A stretch of DNA of 64,000 bases from positions 2,294,001 to 2,358,000 of the forward strand of contig NW_025964354.1 of the NCBI RefSeq assembly GCF_023055435.1, given 5' to 3'. This document shows positions 10,942 to 24,951 of this stretch, one piece after another; the stretch's first letter is position 1; each line of letters starts with the position of its first letter. The DNA comes from Haliotis rufescens (lineage: Eukaryota). Below the pieces are notes generated by a model, which worked only from the letters and a program-made list of their open reading frames with translations, did no database searches and was not told where the DNA came from. The translations under genes and the position numbers were made by a program.

Positions 10942-13900
10942 CTGTGGATACAATGTCTTCTGTCATTTCCTATATGGCCAACATATTTAAATTTAAATTA
11001 TTCCACAGCTATTGACACTTTACAATAACGTAGCTTCTTCTTATTGACTCTATCCTCTATAATTGTTTTGTCATACCTTTTGGTATCTGTTATAATGCGA
11101 AATCTGATATGTTCCGTCACTGTTGAGAGGGGTGCTCATTTATAACCCTTAGTCCCACACTAATCCGCTAATTCTGGATTTTATCTACAACATAGTAAAC
11201 TTCTGTGACATGCATCACACTAAGGTATTTCTCCCACATGAAATGGAAATGCCCCATAAAACTGAACTACCGTTCGATGTGTTATAACTCAACTCATTCA
11301 CGCACTCACGTCACCAAGTTTTCAATGACAGTTTCAAGTTATTAATTAAAAAAACACACAAACCTGATCGTAAGATTGAAACCTTGTATCCTTCACACTA
11401 TAATGCCAAACATACTGTGTCAGGATGCTACATTATGCACAGATTGTCATAGTTTGTAAGGATATGTCTTTATGAGACTGTAATTCCTTGCTCTCTTGAA
11501 GACGGGGTGCACAAATGGCTAAAACACTTGCTCGTCACGGTCGAAGACCCGGGTTCGAGTCACCATATGGTAACAATGTGTCCCCCAAAGTGACGTTGCT
11601 AGAATATTGTTAAAAGCATCGAAAACGTGACCCACTCCTTTCAAAAGATGATATGTATACTGTATGTCAGATCCTACCTTCGATTCCAGCGTTCTGCAAT
11701 AAAACACCAAAAATATGTTTTCATTCAATTTATCTTTTGAAACATATATTATTGCGTCGATCGTCTACGTGGTCTACTGGGTAGAACGTCTGCCCAGAGA
11801 GCGGAAGTTTGGTGGTTCGATCTCGGCCGCGTCATACCAAACAACGTTTAACGATGGTACTTGCTGTTAACCTGTCTGGCCCTCGACATTTATGGTATAA
11901 AACATGAAATGGTTGACACTATACACATATCTACATTTATCTGTCTGAGGTGCCTTTTTCAGAAGCCATTAATAATAGAAATAAACCGAAATAATTACGA
12001 ATTTCATTATATCGCAGATTAACTATTAATATTTGGAAATCTTACCTCTGATATTCTTGTTTCGGACGAGTACCACGGCAGCAATGACGAGCAAGGTGAT
12101 AGCCAATATTAAACAGCCAATGGCAATGCCAGGAGAGGTCGTATCTGGAACATGTACAATGTATTGTATAATAATAACCAACATAATACAGAGTCGGGTA
12201 AGGGTAAGGGTAAGGGTAAGGGTAAGGGTCGGTCTGAGGGCAAGTTATTAAATGCATGAAAATAAATCAGTGACATTAAATAACATTGTTAGTGAAAAGT
12301 GGAACAATTTCATCATGGGAAATTGTGGTATTATTCCAATGTTTGAGCCTTTTACAAAATGAATATTGCTGATGTATAGAAAAATATTATTTAAAAACAA
12401 TAATAGTTTATTGCGTAAAATAATTAATTTGGCGCTAAACGCTGATGGACAGGATGACATTTGTGCGAACTGTAATTTCCTAAAAGTAGCTTCTTATAGA
12501 ATGAACAATGGCTTTTAGGTGAACGACCAAGGAAATTCGTCACGATTCTAAAGCATCAGTTATTGTCAATGAGAGCTCATTATGAATTGGTTATACAAGT
12601 GTTTGTCATATTCGACTCAAGGCTACAAATCACATTTAAAATAAACTCACGCGTATTCGTGTTGCTTCCTGCAAAGTGAGGAAGGAGATTTCGTGAAAAA
12701 GATAAAAGAAAAGCATTTCAAAGTCATCATCTAAGCAATGTAAACACCCCTGTATGGCACTAGTTATCATTATCTTACAATATATATCTTTACTAAAGGT
12801 TTTTGAAAACTGCCTACATCTTATGGGTGAGTGGGTACCGCTTTTAGCAATATTCCAGCAATATCACGTTGGGGGACACCGGAAATAGGCTTCACACATT
12901 GTACCCATGTCGGGAATTGAACCCGGGTCTTCGGCGTGACGTGCGAACTCTTTAACCACTAGGCTACCCGACAGCCCCTTACATCTAATGTGACATTAGA
13001 AGTACCCAAATTTAAAATTCGAATCTATAATTTCAATAATCGGCTACTTTGAGTTACACGTGATTGGCATACACATGAGTCATAGGTGTTTGGATAAATA
13101 TGACGCCATCCATTATGCAACAGCGCTGATACATTTCCATTTGACATAACACGCCGCTGGATTTCCTGAATGATATCCATGGCCATTTGAAACCCTTTGA
13201 ATTTGAAAGTCTCCTAACTATTAGATATATGATGTCTATCAAAATAATAAGTAAGTCAATCAGAATGAATATATTCATATATTTAGGACAGTATACATAC
13301 GTAGTTGAACATCCAGGACAAAGTCGCTGCTCCATCGCGACACCTGTCCACCCTCCTCTGTACCCTGGCATGAGTAGTTCCCACTATCCTCCTCTCTGAC
13401 ATCAGTGATTGTCAAGGTGGAGCCTGACATTTGGCACCTGGCTCCACACAGTAAGCTGGTGGTGTTTCTTCTCCAGATGTAGGCCATGTTGAGACTGTGG
13501 TCAGGTGGAAGACTCCGGGACGTGGAGGAACACGTCAAGGTTATGTTCTCACCCACACTAGGCAGGTCGGCGGCAGTGATATTCGTCTTCCCTGGCTTGC
13601 CTGGAATACATGGTAATATGTGTACATCAACATGACAATCTTCAACGTTTGTGTTTAGGCATAAATATATCTCGATTTTTCTTCTCTGACATTAAGTGAT
13701 ATTCAAGGTGGAGCCTAACGTTTGGCACCTTACTTAACTGTTCTAAGATGTAGGACATGGTCCGATCGTGATCGTGGCGAAAAAAAAACGGGACGTGGAG
13801 GAACGTTGCATGTCAGCCTTGAATCCCGAGTCAAATTGAACTCTTCTATGTTTCACGGTGTCAAAGGGAACTATCAGCTTATCATACACCTCACACTCGA

Positions 13901-16900
13901 TTATAGCATAGAGCGCCTCCGTGGTCAAGTGACAGAGTGCCTTCCCGGAGAGATCCCGTTCGCGTCTTACCAATAGACCTTAAAAAATGGTACTTTTTGT
14001 TACGCTTCCTGGAGCTCGGCATTAAGGGGCAAAAACAAGAACAGGTCGGCTCGGAGTCAGTATACTGTGTCTGAGTGGAGTTCAAGTTAAACTACGGCAC
14101 GGTATCTCAGTGGGCCTCACTATAAAATCGGCATTAGTCCTGACTAGAACAAGCAGCCACGCCACACACTCACGTGCATGCACGTCGCTATATAAGTTGA
14201 ACGTGAAGTTAAACCCCATTTCACCTCACCTCTCCTTTTGAGTATGATTACTGCATGGGATGCTAACAGAATAGAACCATACAAATAGTGCTGCAATAGT
14301 GGAAAGATACAGGTTTCTATCTGCAATGCTGCTTGATACCTTCAACGAACGCAATGCTAATAGTGGCTATCAATTATTGTAGGAAGAGTCAGTCACGTTA
14401 TAAATTCAATACGTCGACGTTAGAGAACGACATTGATGAAGACTACATGAATGGATCACCGACAGAGCGACGATATCAGATGCCCCGCGAATCCGGCAAA
14501 CATTTCCGGCTTCACCGGCAGCAGCCGCCACCCACACAATATGCATATAAAAGTAAGGGTTTGTTTGTTGGCTATCGCAGCACCCAGAAAGACTCCTGCC
14601 ATACGACGGAGGTCTGTGAACAATGGAGTCTGGTCCGAGCTACTTACGTGAGACAATCAAGGTATGTCCACACTGAGGTACACGGCGATATCCGCTGACA
14701 CAAAGGTATTTGCCAGCGTCAGATGCTGTAACATTATGAAGCAACAGACGTGCAATGGCATATTCAGATGAAGGACTAATTCCCTTGATCTGCAGTCTTG
14801 AGGTGAAGGTATCCTCAACGTTCCATTTATCAGATAGCGTCCACATAAAATGTGGACCAGAGGGCGACGTGATGTAGGACCCGCTCTCCAGGGAGGGCAT
14901 CTTCCACGTCATCATGGCATCCTCTCCTTCAGGCACCAAAGTGTAGTTCTTGTTATCATCAGACCAATCTGCAAAATAGTTTTCGTTTATTTAGTCGTTC
15001 TTGTCCATGGACAAAGATGTTGGTAATGCTGTAGGTGTTTATATACATAATTTACTGGTCGACTGTTCAGTATGTTGTATGGCAGTGTATTTTATAACAT
15101 TGATTGTTACATTGTTATTTTTTAGATTTGGTCGACGCTCATTGCAGTGTGTTTCGACAGTGATCAGTCGTGAGGAATATGGTGCTTTTAATGTTAGCAA
15201 ACGTCAGGAAGTTACTATATTTAGACGCTAATGCGGTGCGTGATAGGACCATGTGGAATGACTAAGCACCGCTAGACTGAAGGCACTGTGTACAAACTAC
15301 CGATGGCTAGCTATGTTGTATATAAGGGAACATGAGCGTGTTTACGCATCGCTCACAATTTTCATCACATCAAGACCAGCTTTCGTGTGTGGATCACTCA
15401 TCATACCTGGATCCCCGCCTAAGCGCGTCTCGGAAGCTTGACCGCTTTTGCCGCTGGGTGAATATATATCATTATCACTGACTTTTGCTATTACTACTTT
15501 ATTTTTGTATTTAATACTGACCACTGCCCTCATATTATATATTGGATAGTGTACCACCACTCTATTGGGTACTGCCATTGTAATTGTTGTGCAGCAATTT
15601 GTGTTGAATTGTAAACCTAGTTAATTCAATTGTTTATTAATAATTTCACACCAAATTCTTTGACATACAGATTTCTGGGTTAACATTTCGTTTCAATTTG
15701 GGAATCGACAGGTAACAAGTAGAATCAATGACAATCTTGCATCTACATGTTTACTGCTCGAAAAGTAAAGGACCCATGTAAACTACACTGAGACATATTG
15801 AAACCACTCACTTATTAGGACAATCTGCTCACTCCACATAGACTGTATCTCCCCCACTCCAGCCTGACACTTGTATCTGTCGTTCTCCCGCCAACCATCA
15901 CGAATAGTCAAGGTGCTGGTGTGGTTTATCTGTCTCCTATCATACACAGAGCTCCACGTCTCAGATGACGCCATGTGATTCTGTCCCCCACTATACAGCC
16001 TGACATCATTTCCTCTCCATGTGATTGACACAGTTGGGACGCTATCTGGATAGATCCGTAGTCTACAGTTGCATGTCAGGTTCACAGTGTTGTTGTCCTC
16101 CACGTCTTGTTCAATTAGGACATAAGGATCTTGTAAACCTAAAAAACAAGGTATCCTCTCAAGACATAAACAAATATACTATCAAATTTGTATTCAACAT
16201 TTCAGTATATTAGTTATGTGTGCATCATGGGAAGATTTCTCAACAGTTTCTGGTGATTCCCCACACATCTATAAATAGATAATTAACCAACTTTCACTTT
16301 CACACGTTGTCAACAGCATGGTGTGACAACCACGGGTGTATATTCCAAGGAGCTACAAACGCCACAGAATAAGTAACACTGGTATCTACCGAAAGAAATG
16401 CCATAGAAGACAAGCTGGTGATGGAGATTACATAAATGAAGCATTGAAAATCAGTGATAACACCTAGTGTTCACAATATTAATGTCAACAAATATATCAC
16501 AGCTTATTGTGACGTGACACATCTTAATTTATTAATTACCGATTAATGGGTAACTTAATTCCTGTGAAAGGTAAGATTTCAACTTGAATAACGAAATACC
16601 CGTTTGCCACTCGGCACAGAACTCTACCCGTCCCTTGTGAGTTGATGCGTTGTCTGTTCAATGACAATGAAACATAGCGACAAAACCCTTTCCATGTCCA
16701 ATAGAAATCTCTGCATAAAGCAGAGTCGATTGTACAATTCCGACTATATCATGAGCATGTGTTTATGAATCACTATCAAATAGTTATGATACAAGGTATT
16801 CGCGACAAGGGGAGCGTATCCTGCCCACTGGTGGCACCCGTCAAACAGATGCAAAGACACGTCAATTGTTAACCTGAAAATATGGTTCAAAATAGGGATA

Positions 16901-19900
16901 TTCACTGGACATCAATTTTGTCACTGATGCGTGAAATTTGGACAAATGCCTGTCAAGCTATACGTACCGAATCTCCCTCACTCGTTGATATACGTCGTGT
17001 TGCATTGAGTAGGTGTATTTAATCTCAGCACGCCGTTTATATTGTTGTATGGAGGACAGTTGGAAGTGCCATTTACCATCTTGGAGAACACGTGTATGGG
17101 TACTCACCTATAACATAAAGGGTTTGTCCACAGTTTGCTATCCTTGTTCTTCTATACGGGGGACGTGTCGAGTCTAGGTGACAGCTGTACTGACCAGCGT
17201 CAGCGGGGGTCACGTTATACAGTTGGAAACTGAAGGTTCCACGTGTGTAGGACACTGAGTCGCCTTTAATCCTGGTCCTCAGTTCCTTATCAGCAACTGT
17301 TACTTTATTGCTGCCAGTTATCTGAAACAGTACCCTGTATTCCTTCATCACCTTGAGCTCCTTGATGGGAGACATGGCCCAGGTAACAGTCACAGGTCCT
17401 CCAAGGCGAGCATAGACGCCTACAGCAGCTGAGATAGAACAACAAAACTGGTTTCATGTGTCCATTGAAATAATTCAGTTTATATATGATACCAAATACT
17501 ACACATTGGGAATGTTTTATGCATTATGGATGTGAGTGAGTGAGTTTAGTTTTACGCCGCTTGCAGCAATATTCCAGCAATATCACGTCGGGGGACACCA
17601 GAAATGGGCTTCACACATTGTACTCATGTCAGGCATCGAACCCGGGTCTTCGGCGTGACTGGGCGAACGCTTTAACCACTAGGCCACCCAACCGTCCCTA
17701 TGCATTTTGGAACAAATCAAATGACATATTCATAAAAAAAAATGTATACATGTGTGCTGAATGATCCAAATTCATGAAATAAAATGTAACAGAAACAAAA
17801 TGATAAAACTGTCAATGAATTACCCTTACGACATGATTAAGTCATTTACTGATTATATGAAAAATAATAATTGATGAAATATGAACATGAATAGATATGT
17901 TCGGTCGATTGATTTTCCTTGGTGCTGTGCCATATTCCCTCTAGTTTGTATTACTAGAAAGGTGTTAACAAAGGCTTAATGCCTCTTCTCCGACCCTTAA
18001 ACCCAAACAGAATGTTGTTTAGATTGTTGATTAAGACATCACAGTCTACAATAAAGCAAGGAATAACTATCAACCTTGCGCATTTCTTTATTGCCGAATG
18101 CTCAAATGACAGACAGCCTATTCAGGAAACAGTCAAAGCAGACAAATCTTAGAGACTTTCGACTACAATTACGACTGCTATTAGAGCTATTCTTGAAGTT
18201 GCCTTAAACCTTTCGCAAAGTTATCTTACTCATGACACAAATCTCAGGAAACACATTGAGCTCTTTTGTGACGGAGGTAAAATAATGGTGTTTCCCAATG
18301 ACGTCATTGATGATTCAAGGAATTCCCTAGATTTAAATTGTATCAATATTTATATGAAATTATATATAGGTTTTAAAGATAATCAGTGAATCCGCTATTG
18401 AAGATAAATGTAGATGTTATGATTAATGATGCAGCCTCATGTTATTGTTATGGGCAACTGATCTATAGTGGTCATCATTATACGGCCGTTCTCTTTTATT
18501 GACAGATATAGCAACCACTGAATATTGATACATAGAATTCGAAAGGATGATGCGAAAGAAAACGAAAATGTGACAAAACACTAACAAGTTCGTACATTAT
18601 ATGGGTATGGCCACATTTCAAAGATTGCATCTAACATTGTTTGGCCAGATGTGAGAAGGAAACTCGGAACATAGAACAATGAAACCTACACAATGTCCAC
18701 GGAACATAGAACAATGAAACCTACACAATGTCCCAGGAACATAGAACAATGAAACCTACACAATGTCCCCCGAACATAGAACAATGAAACCTACACAATG
18801 TCCCCGGAACATAGAACAATGAAACCTACACAATGTCCCAGGAACATAGAACAATGAAACCTACACAATGTCCCCGGAACATAGAACAATGAAACCTACA
18901 CAATGTCCCCGGAACATAGAACAATGAAACCTACACAATGTCCCGTGAACATAGAACAATGAAACCTACACAATGTCCCCGGAACATAGAACAATGAAAC
19001 CTACACAATGTCCCAGGAACATAGAACAATGAAACCTACACAATGTCCCAGGAACATAGAACAATGAAACCTACACAGTGTCCCCGGAACATAGAACAAT
19101 GAAACCTACACAATGTCCCAGGAACATAGAACAATGAAACCTACACAATGTCCCCGGAACAAAGAACAATGAAACCTACACAATGTTCCCGGAACATAGA
19201 ACAATGAAACCTACACAATGTCCCCGGAACATAGAACAATGAAACCTACACAATGTCCCAGGAACATAGAACAATGAAACCTACACAATGTCCCCGGAAC
19301 ATAGAACAATGAAACCTACACAATGTCCCAGGAACATAGAACAATGAAACCTACACAATGTCCCCGGAACATAGAACAATGAAACCTACACAATGTCCCC
19401 GGAACATAGAACAATGAAACCTACACAGTGTCCCCGGAACATAGAACAATGAAACCTACACAATGTCCCCGGAACATAGAACAATGAAACCTACACAACG
19501 TCCCCGGAACATAGAACAATGAAACCTACACAATGTCCCCTGAACAAAGAACAATGAAACCTACACAATGTCCCCGGAACATAGAACAATGAAACCTACA
19601 CAATGTCCCCGGAACATAGAACAATGAAACCTACACAATGTCCCCTGAACATAGAACAATGAAACCTACAAAATGTCCCCCGAACTGCGACGTGGTTTTT
19701 GCAACGCTCCCCGAGTGTGAAATCGATAATTTTGGAAGGTATTTTGTGTGAATCAACCCACGTAGATTGTAAACCGACCTTTAGATATTTAAAGTATGTT
19801 TTACACAATTTCAATTTTTTCTTTTAGCATTCGTAATTGAATATTCATTCTTGGGTTAAATGATGTCATAAAACATGCCATCTACCTATACATATTCGAC

Positions 19901-21061
19901 AAGGTGTTCATTGTATTAGACGCCATATGTCTCATATGTTGTACTCGTAGTCAATAAGAACCACTCTCATTTTCCATATAAATTGACAAGAAAAGGATCA
20001 CGTTCAATACGATAGCATGCACATACGCTGCTAGTGTTTCAACCGAAACAAACGAAAAAGGTACATTAAACTACCTTTATAACGAACACGCTTATAACGA
20101 AACGACGGATATAACGACTTCTTTTGGTCCCGTCCTGATGTTGTATATATGCTGTATATATTCTTATAACGAACTACGGTTATAACGAACTAAACTTAGT
20201 GGTCTCTTTGAGTTATAACCGTTTTGTATGTTGTTTGTATGTTACTTTTTTTCTAGAATGATTGTTAAGCTATCATCTGTTATCGACTCGCTCTTACATC
20301 ATCAGTCAATACAATGTTTCAGCGGTGTCTGTTAGGGTATGTTGTTCGTTTTGTGAAAGTGAATGTGGCAAACACTCGGTCTTGTGTTCAGAAACGATAC
20401 AGTGGAACCATACTGCGAATCGTTTTCTTCAACATGCATCACGTCGTGATCTCATGAGACAGGTCTTAATTTTTGTAGTAAACTTAAGATAACGTAGCGC
20501 TAAGGCAGCTAAGTACAGACTTAGCTACGATTTGTTGCTACGACACACTAACGCCAACCTTGGTGATAATTTTAAGACAGTTTCGTGAATAGGCCACCAG
20601 AAGGTCAATTCCCAACACTGAGCCTAAATGTCAATCTATCCTTTCATTATTGAATTCATTACGATTGTGTTACCCAATGCATATTTCCTGATCCCTGCAT
20701 GTTGAATGACCATCCGTAAGTACAGCTGTGAACACATTTTTTGAAGATGTTGGACAATCCAATTTTGAAATTAATGTTTGCCTTTGTTCATCAATGATAT
20801 ATGATAAACAGAAGATCAAAGACACGTGTGCTCATTGAAACAAACCGAAATATTTATTTACTTTATCGCAACTTAACTCGACATGCCCATTCGGGACTTG
20901 AAGAACATGCTTGTGACAGCTAGGATAATACACCTAAACGTGGCGAGGAGCGAGGTGGTTATAATATATAAAATGTCAAATCACTCACGTGTAGCCCCCG
21001 TACAGCTGTCGGTCACTATACTGCAGACAACACATTGTATACACCACCACGAGGGTCGCAT
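10272..21061 (-). CDS. G2: complete IgSF type I membrane receptor, leader-V*-C-V*-Ig(I/C2)-stalk-TM-long tail (~714 aa). Exons: 20989-21061, 17108-17428, 15812-16138, 14648-14968, 13301-13600, 12651-12668, 12046-12144, 11678-11693, 10272-10941
   Basis: Nine exons, all GT-AG with consistent phases, totalling 2145 nt in one open frame. TM is PGIAIGCLILAITLLVIAAVVLVRNKNIR. The tail contains ITYAEF and YQEL and ends DITVL*. Confidence 0.85.
11505..11640 (+). mobile_element. SINE family A (diverged)
   Basis: gctcgtcacg..gaagacccgggttcga core. Confidence 0.6.
11678..11693 (-). CDS. G2 16-bp juxtamembrane microexon (ERWNRR)
   Basis: ttattgcag|AACGCTGGAATCGAAG|gtagga. Required to convert phase 1 to phase 2. 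A homologous 16-bp exon exists in G3. Confidence 0.75.
12046..12144 (-). CDS. G2 transmembrane exon
   Basis: gttccag|...|gtaaga, 99 bp. A hydrophobic run of ~22 residues followed by RNKNIR. Confidence 0.85.
12196..12228. repeat. (GGGTAA)n short repeat
   Basis: About 5.5 copies, seen directly. Confidence 0.9.
12651..12668 (-). CDS. G2 18-bp stalk microexon (RSNTNT)
   Basis: ctttgcag|GAAGCAACACGAATACGC|gtgagt. Phase 1/1, so optional for frame. Confidence 0.55.
12826..12978 (-). mobile_element. SINE family A
   Basis: Reverse-complement match. Confidence 0.75.
13301..13600 (-). CDS. G2 exon: canonical I/C2-set Ig domain 4
   Basis: 300 bp, ttccag|...|gtatgt. GENITLTCSS...YIWRRN...STLTITDVREEDSGNYSCQG. 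Confidence 0.9.
13675..13822 (-). pseudogene. Decayed duplicate of the G2 domain-4 exon
   Basis: Collinear patches match 13385-13540 (tctctgacat, tcaaggtggagcct, tttggcacct, agatgtagg, cgggacgtggaggaac) with indels. Confidence 0.65.
13912..14152 (+). mobile_element. SINE family B
   Basis: Reverse-complement similarity to 59300-59572. Confidence 0.65.
14648..14968 (-). CDS. G2 exon: atypical V-type Ig domain 3
   Basis: 321 bp, ttgcag|...|gtaagt. Paralogue of 558-878. Confidence 0.9.
15812..16138 (-). CDS. G2 exon: C/I-type Ig domain 2
   Basis: 327 bp, tttttag|...|gtgagt. LTCNC...TWRGND...YKCQAG. Confidence 0.9.
17108..17428 (-). CDS. G2 exon: atypical V-type Ig domain 1
   Basis: 321 bp, ctcag|...|gtgagt. 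Close paralogue of 2903-3223. Confidence 0.9.
17533..17698 (-). mobile_element. SINE family A
   Basis: Reverse-complement match. Confidence 0.75.
18666..19685. repeat. 35-bp minisatellite, ~29 copies, in G2 intron 1
   Basis: Unit ggaacatagaacaatgaaacctacacaatgtcccc. Confidence 0.95.
20989..21061 (-). CDS. G2 signal-peptide exon MRPSWWCIQCVVCSIVTDSCTGAT
   Basis: ATG to phase-1 donor gtgagt, 73 bp. Near-identical exons precede G3 and G4. Confidence 0.8.
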
Positions 21062-23771
21062 AGTGTGAGATTCATCAAAGTGTAAACTGTCCACGTATTG
21101 TCCAACCTATGTCATCCAGGCTGAGCGAATTTGAATCTACTAGCGTTTATTTCAACACATTTATTGCAACGTGATGATTCAAAGCGGATTTCTGCCCACT
21201 TTCCGCCTCAGGTTTCGACTACCGTGACGTGACTAAAAGTTTCATTAGGTTTGCATCAGGCCAGAATTTATAATTATCTTTAATGATGGTTTTATTTCTG
21301 TTGTTATAGTTCAGCAAAGGAGGGTCGGGTGTCCCTGGCAGTATCAGGCTTGCTAGGCTCATCATAAGCTCAGTCCCCTCTACGCGCAGCCCAGACAGCG
21401 AATAGGACTTCTCCCATGAGGCCCTGCCTAGTCGAACCCGCCTAGAACGTTTCGGAGAACGTGAAGACTTCCCAACAATGCAGCCTTCTGCATTACCCAG
21501 ATTATCAGCACTTTATTGCCTGTCCTCCGATGCAAATAAATTACATCGGGTGGTAAGGTTCTGTGGATTGGACGACTGTGTATCGTCGTACTCGACGCCG
21601 TAGGACGTTGCTCATAATATCAATCACTGCTTTTTCTTTCTGACCCTCATCTATCAGACCTGTAAAACTCACATTATGAAGTCTAAATGAAAAACACAAA
21701 ATCCTTTACATCAGACAATGATGTGTATCGAAGTAGCGGCTGGTGAATTTCCTACACTGTATCACACGTGACACTGAATACAATGTCTGACTCAGACAGG
21801 CAATGGACACCAGTCTGTGGAGCATTTCTCCATGGATACCATCTCACAGTGCAGCATTTGTGTAAACACAGTCACCCTTAAAACAACATGACTTCCCCGA
21901 TATGTTACCATCTCACAGTGTAGCATCTATGTTCACATGGTATGTTTATGGTAGGATCAAAACATGCGAAAACATCAGCACAACGCTGTGAATATTTCCG
22001 TTATCCCGTTTCCGTTTTCGTCTAAATTTACGCTGTAACGACAACTCGACTTCCCACACAGGATGACACAGAGCCAGAAGTAAAACGACCTATGCGGACC
22101 TCGAGGACCTATGCCGTAGATTGTGAAACACTTCCGTAAAGAACTTACATTTGATGTTCAATCATGGACTCTGACATGGTGGTACGTTGTATTGTGTTGG
22201 GTATACAGGCATCTGATAATGAGTATCTGGCCTGACATAACTGGAGGGAAAGGGACTCTATATTTAACTAATGAATGATTAAATCAGCCAAACCTGTTTT
22301 CTGAACAGAGTATCCACCAGGTAGTATTTAAGAATTGACTCAAACTCGAGCTCGAGAATAGTAACTTAACAGACTGCTTTGTAAATCATTAACGCAAAAA
22401 AGTTTACCACGACAGGAAAACCCCACCCACTCGATTATCAGCCAATCAGGAAACTCGTTGTCCGGTTGTGGCGATGACCTGGTTTATGAGACAATAAACA
22501 ATTGCTTCAATTCACTTTAGCAGTGTCTTTCATTCACTGTAGGTGAAAACGGGTACATCGAGTCCCGCTCGAGTCGTTGAGACACAGGTGCTCAAGTCCA
22601 TTTGTTTCAAACCTTCAGAGACCTCCTCCAAGATAAGTATGGTCGTATTTCGTTCACTTCTACCACTGCAACTGTAACTTACACAGATTATATTTAAACC
22701 TGTCCGTATAAAAAGATTTGTTGGACTTAAAATTGAAAAAGCAGAGTGGAGCCCGACTGGGAAGTCCTTTCAGAAACAGAATAAACTTTTTCGAGATGAG
22801 AAGATCTGTTTTCGCTTCTCTGAGTATAGTACCAAGATTGATTTTTCCTGTAAGCATTCCTGCCAGATAGTTGTTTGACAACTGTAACTGGTAGTAATAA
22901 TAGCTGTGGATCAAGATTATACAGAGTGTGAACCTACAGTTGGTCCCTTCCATAGGTAATTCAAAAAGTGTCAAAAGTAGTACAACACTATGACTAAGTC
23001 ATTGGAGTATATGAAAACCTCTACTGAAGCAAACATACCATGCACCTAGTGAACTACACAGCTAAGTTTCCCAACGAATCTTATACTCCATGAAAGGTAC
23101 GAAGCCTAATTATGACGATTTATGAACATGCTATTTATACACCAGAAGGATATTATGAGGAATGTGCTGTTATTTTCTAAAGCTTGTTGGCGCGAACTTA
23201 ATCGAAATATCGCCACTGTTATATTAAATCCTGTAAGTTCATGTCGGCCTTACTGTTAATATCGTATGGAAAGGTTCAAAATAACATTAACTGTTGTAAG
23301 AGGATGTAGGTCATAGTGGAACTAACGAAGTAGCATTCACTGTTACCATCTAATGATGTGGTTTCTAAAGGATTATTGAAAAAACCCGTTAATAGTTAAC
23401 ATACTGATGTAGACTCATGTCGAGCTGTTAAAAAAGTATGACTGGATCGTGTTATATGTCTGATCATTTACATTTGGCACCATCTAATGTAAGGGAGATA
23501 ACTCAGTGTAAGTATGCTTGACTGATGTGGATGACACCGGACAGCAGTTATAAAGGGAGGGAACTCCAACTGACTTAGTACCATGACATGCTGAAAGCGG
23601 TCTGCTGAATATGTTTTGTGTTTCAGTGGAACATCATTTTCTGTAATAACCTTAATGAGTAGTAACCCGTCAAGGTTTAGTTTGCTGCTAGCCTTTCATC
23701 CCGTTGCCGAACAAGACACACAGATACGTTCACACCGTCTGGCTCTAAACACCCCTAATCTCTCTACCGTG

Positions 23772-24185
23772 ACAGTACAACACAACATCACACCAACATA
23801 CATTCCACACTTACAACACAACACAGCCTCACACCTACATACATTCCACATTGACAATACAACACAGCCTCACACCTACATACATTCCACACTGACAATA
23901 CAACACAGCCTCACACCTACATACGTTCCACATTGACAATACAACACAGCCTCACACCTACCTACATTCCACATTGACAATACAACACAGCCTCACACGT
24001 ACCTACATTCCACACTGACAATACAACATAGCCTAACACCTACCTACATTCAAACATTGACAGTACAACACAGCCTCACACCTACCTACATTCCACACTG
24101 ACAATACAACACAGCCTAACACCTACATACCTTTCACACTGACAATACAACACAGCCTCACACCTACATACATTCCACACTGACA
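23772..24185. repeat. 41-bp minisatellite, ~10 copies
   Basis: Unit acaatacaacacagcctcacacctacatacattccacactg. Confidence 0.9.
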
Positions 24186-24799
24186 TTGCAAAACAGCCCC
24201 ACGCTCTGACAAGTGTAAATTGGCACGGCTCAGATGGCCGATAGCTATGAACACACAATGCCATTAAAAAAATGGGCAAATGTAACAAAAGTTATATTTG
24301 ACAAACACTCGTAAAGTATATATTCTAGTACTTTTGTTGAGTTGAGTCCTGTCCCGTTCGAACCCACACTGCCAGAGTGAGATACACAATCGCCAGCACA
24401 CACAGTCAGCGAGCTAGCCCACCCAGTCACTGAGGCTTCCAGAAAATGAAAGTCGAACAACTGGTAGTCTAGATCACGTACTTTGTGTACCCCTCTGACA
24501 GTGTAAGGCACTGCAACCGTGGGTTCGAATCCCAGCTGGGACCCAGCCCCAAAACTGGGATCTGTACTTTACTAAGAAAATGTTATCTCAAATATAACAT
24601 TTGTTAACTGACAACCTCCAGCGGCAAAACATAACCAGAATGCAATGGCTAGCCATGAGACCTGATCTCTCCCCCTGGGCCTTACACGGGCAACGTGTCT
24701 GCCGACGTTAAAGGCCACCGTACAAATGATTTTTTTACCAATCGCGGGGGCATTAACCATTATTGATCAAGTCATCTCAAAGGCTCATTTTTATTCCCC

Positions 24800-24951
24800 T
24801 GGGGATGGGGATGGCCTAGTGGTTAAACCATTCGCTCGTCACAAAAAACACCTGGGTTCGATTCACCACATGGGTACAATGTTTGAAGCCCATTTCTGGT
24901 GAAGCCCCGCAGTGATATTGCTAAAAGCGGTGTAACACCAGACTCACTCAC
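24800..24951 (+). mobile_element. SINE family A
   Basis: Match to consensus. Confidence 0.7.

Noticed and set aside
18666-19685. Regular 35-bp repeats (and the 85-bp arrays) as CRISPR
   Set aside because: Head-to-tail with no unique spacers, eukaryotic context and no cas genes.
22540-23000. ORF 22660-22974 and coding-like composition
   Set aside because: No recognisable motif or convincing splice sites. Possibly a decayed TE.
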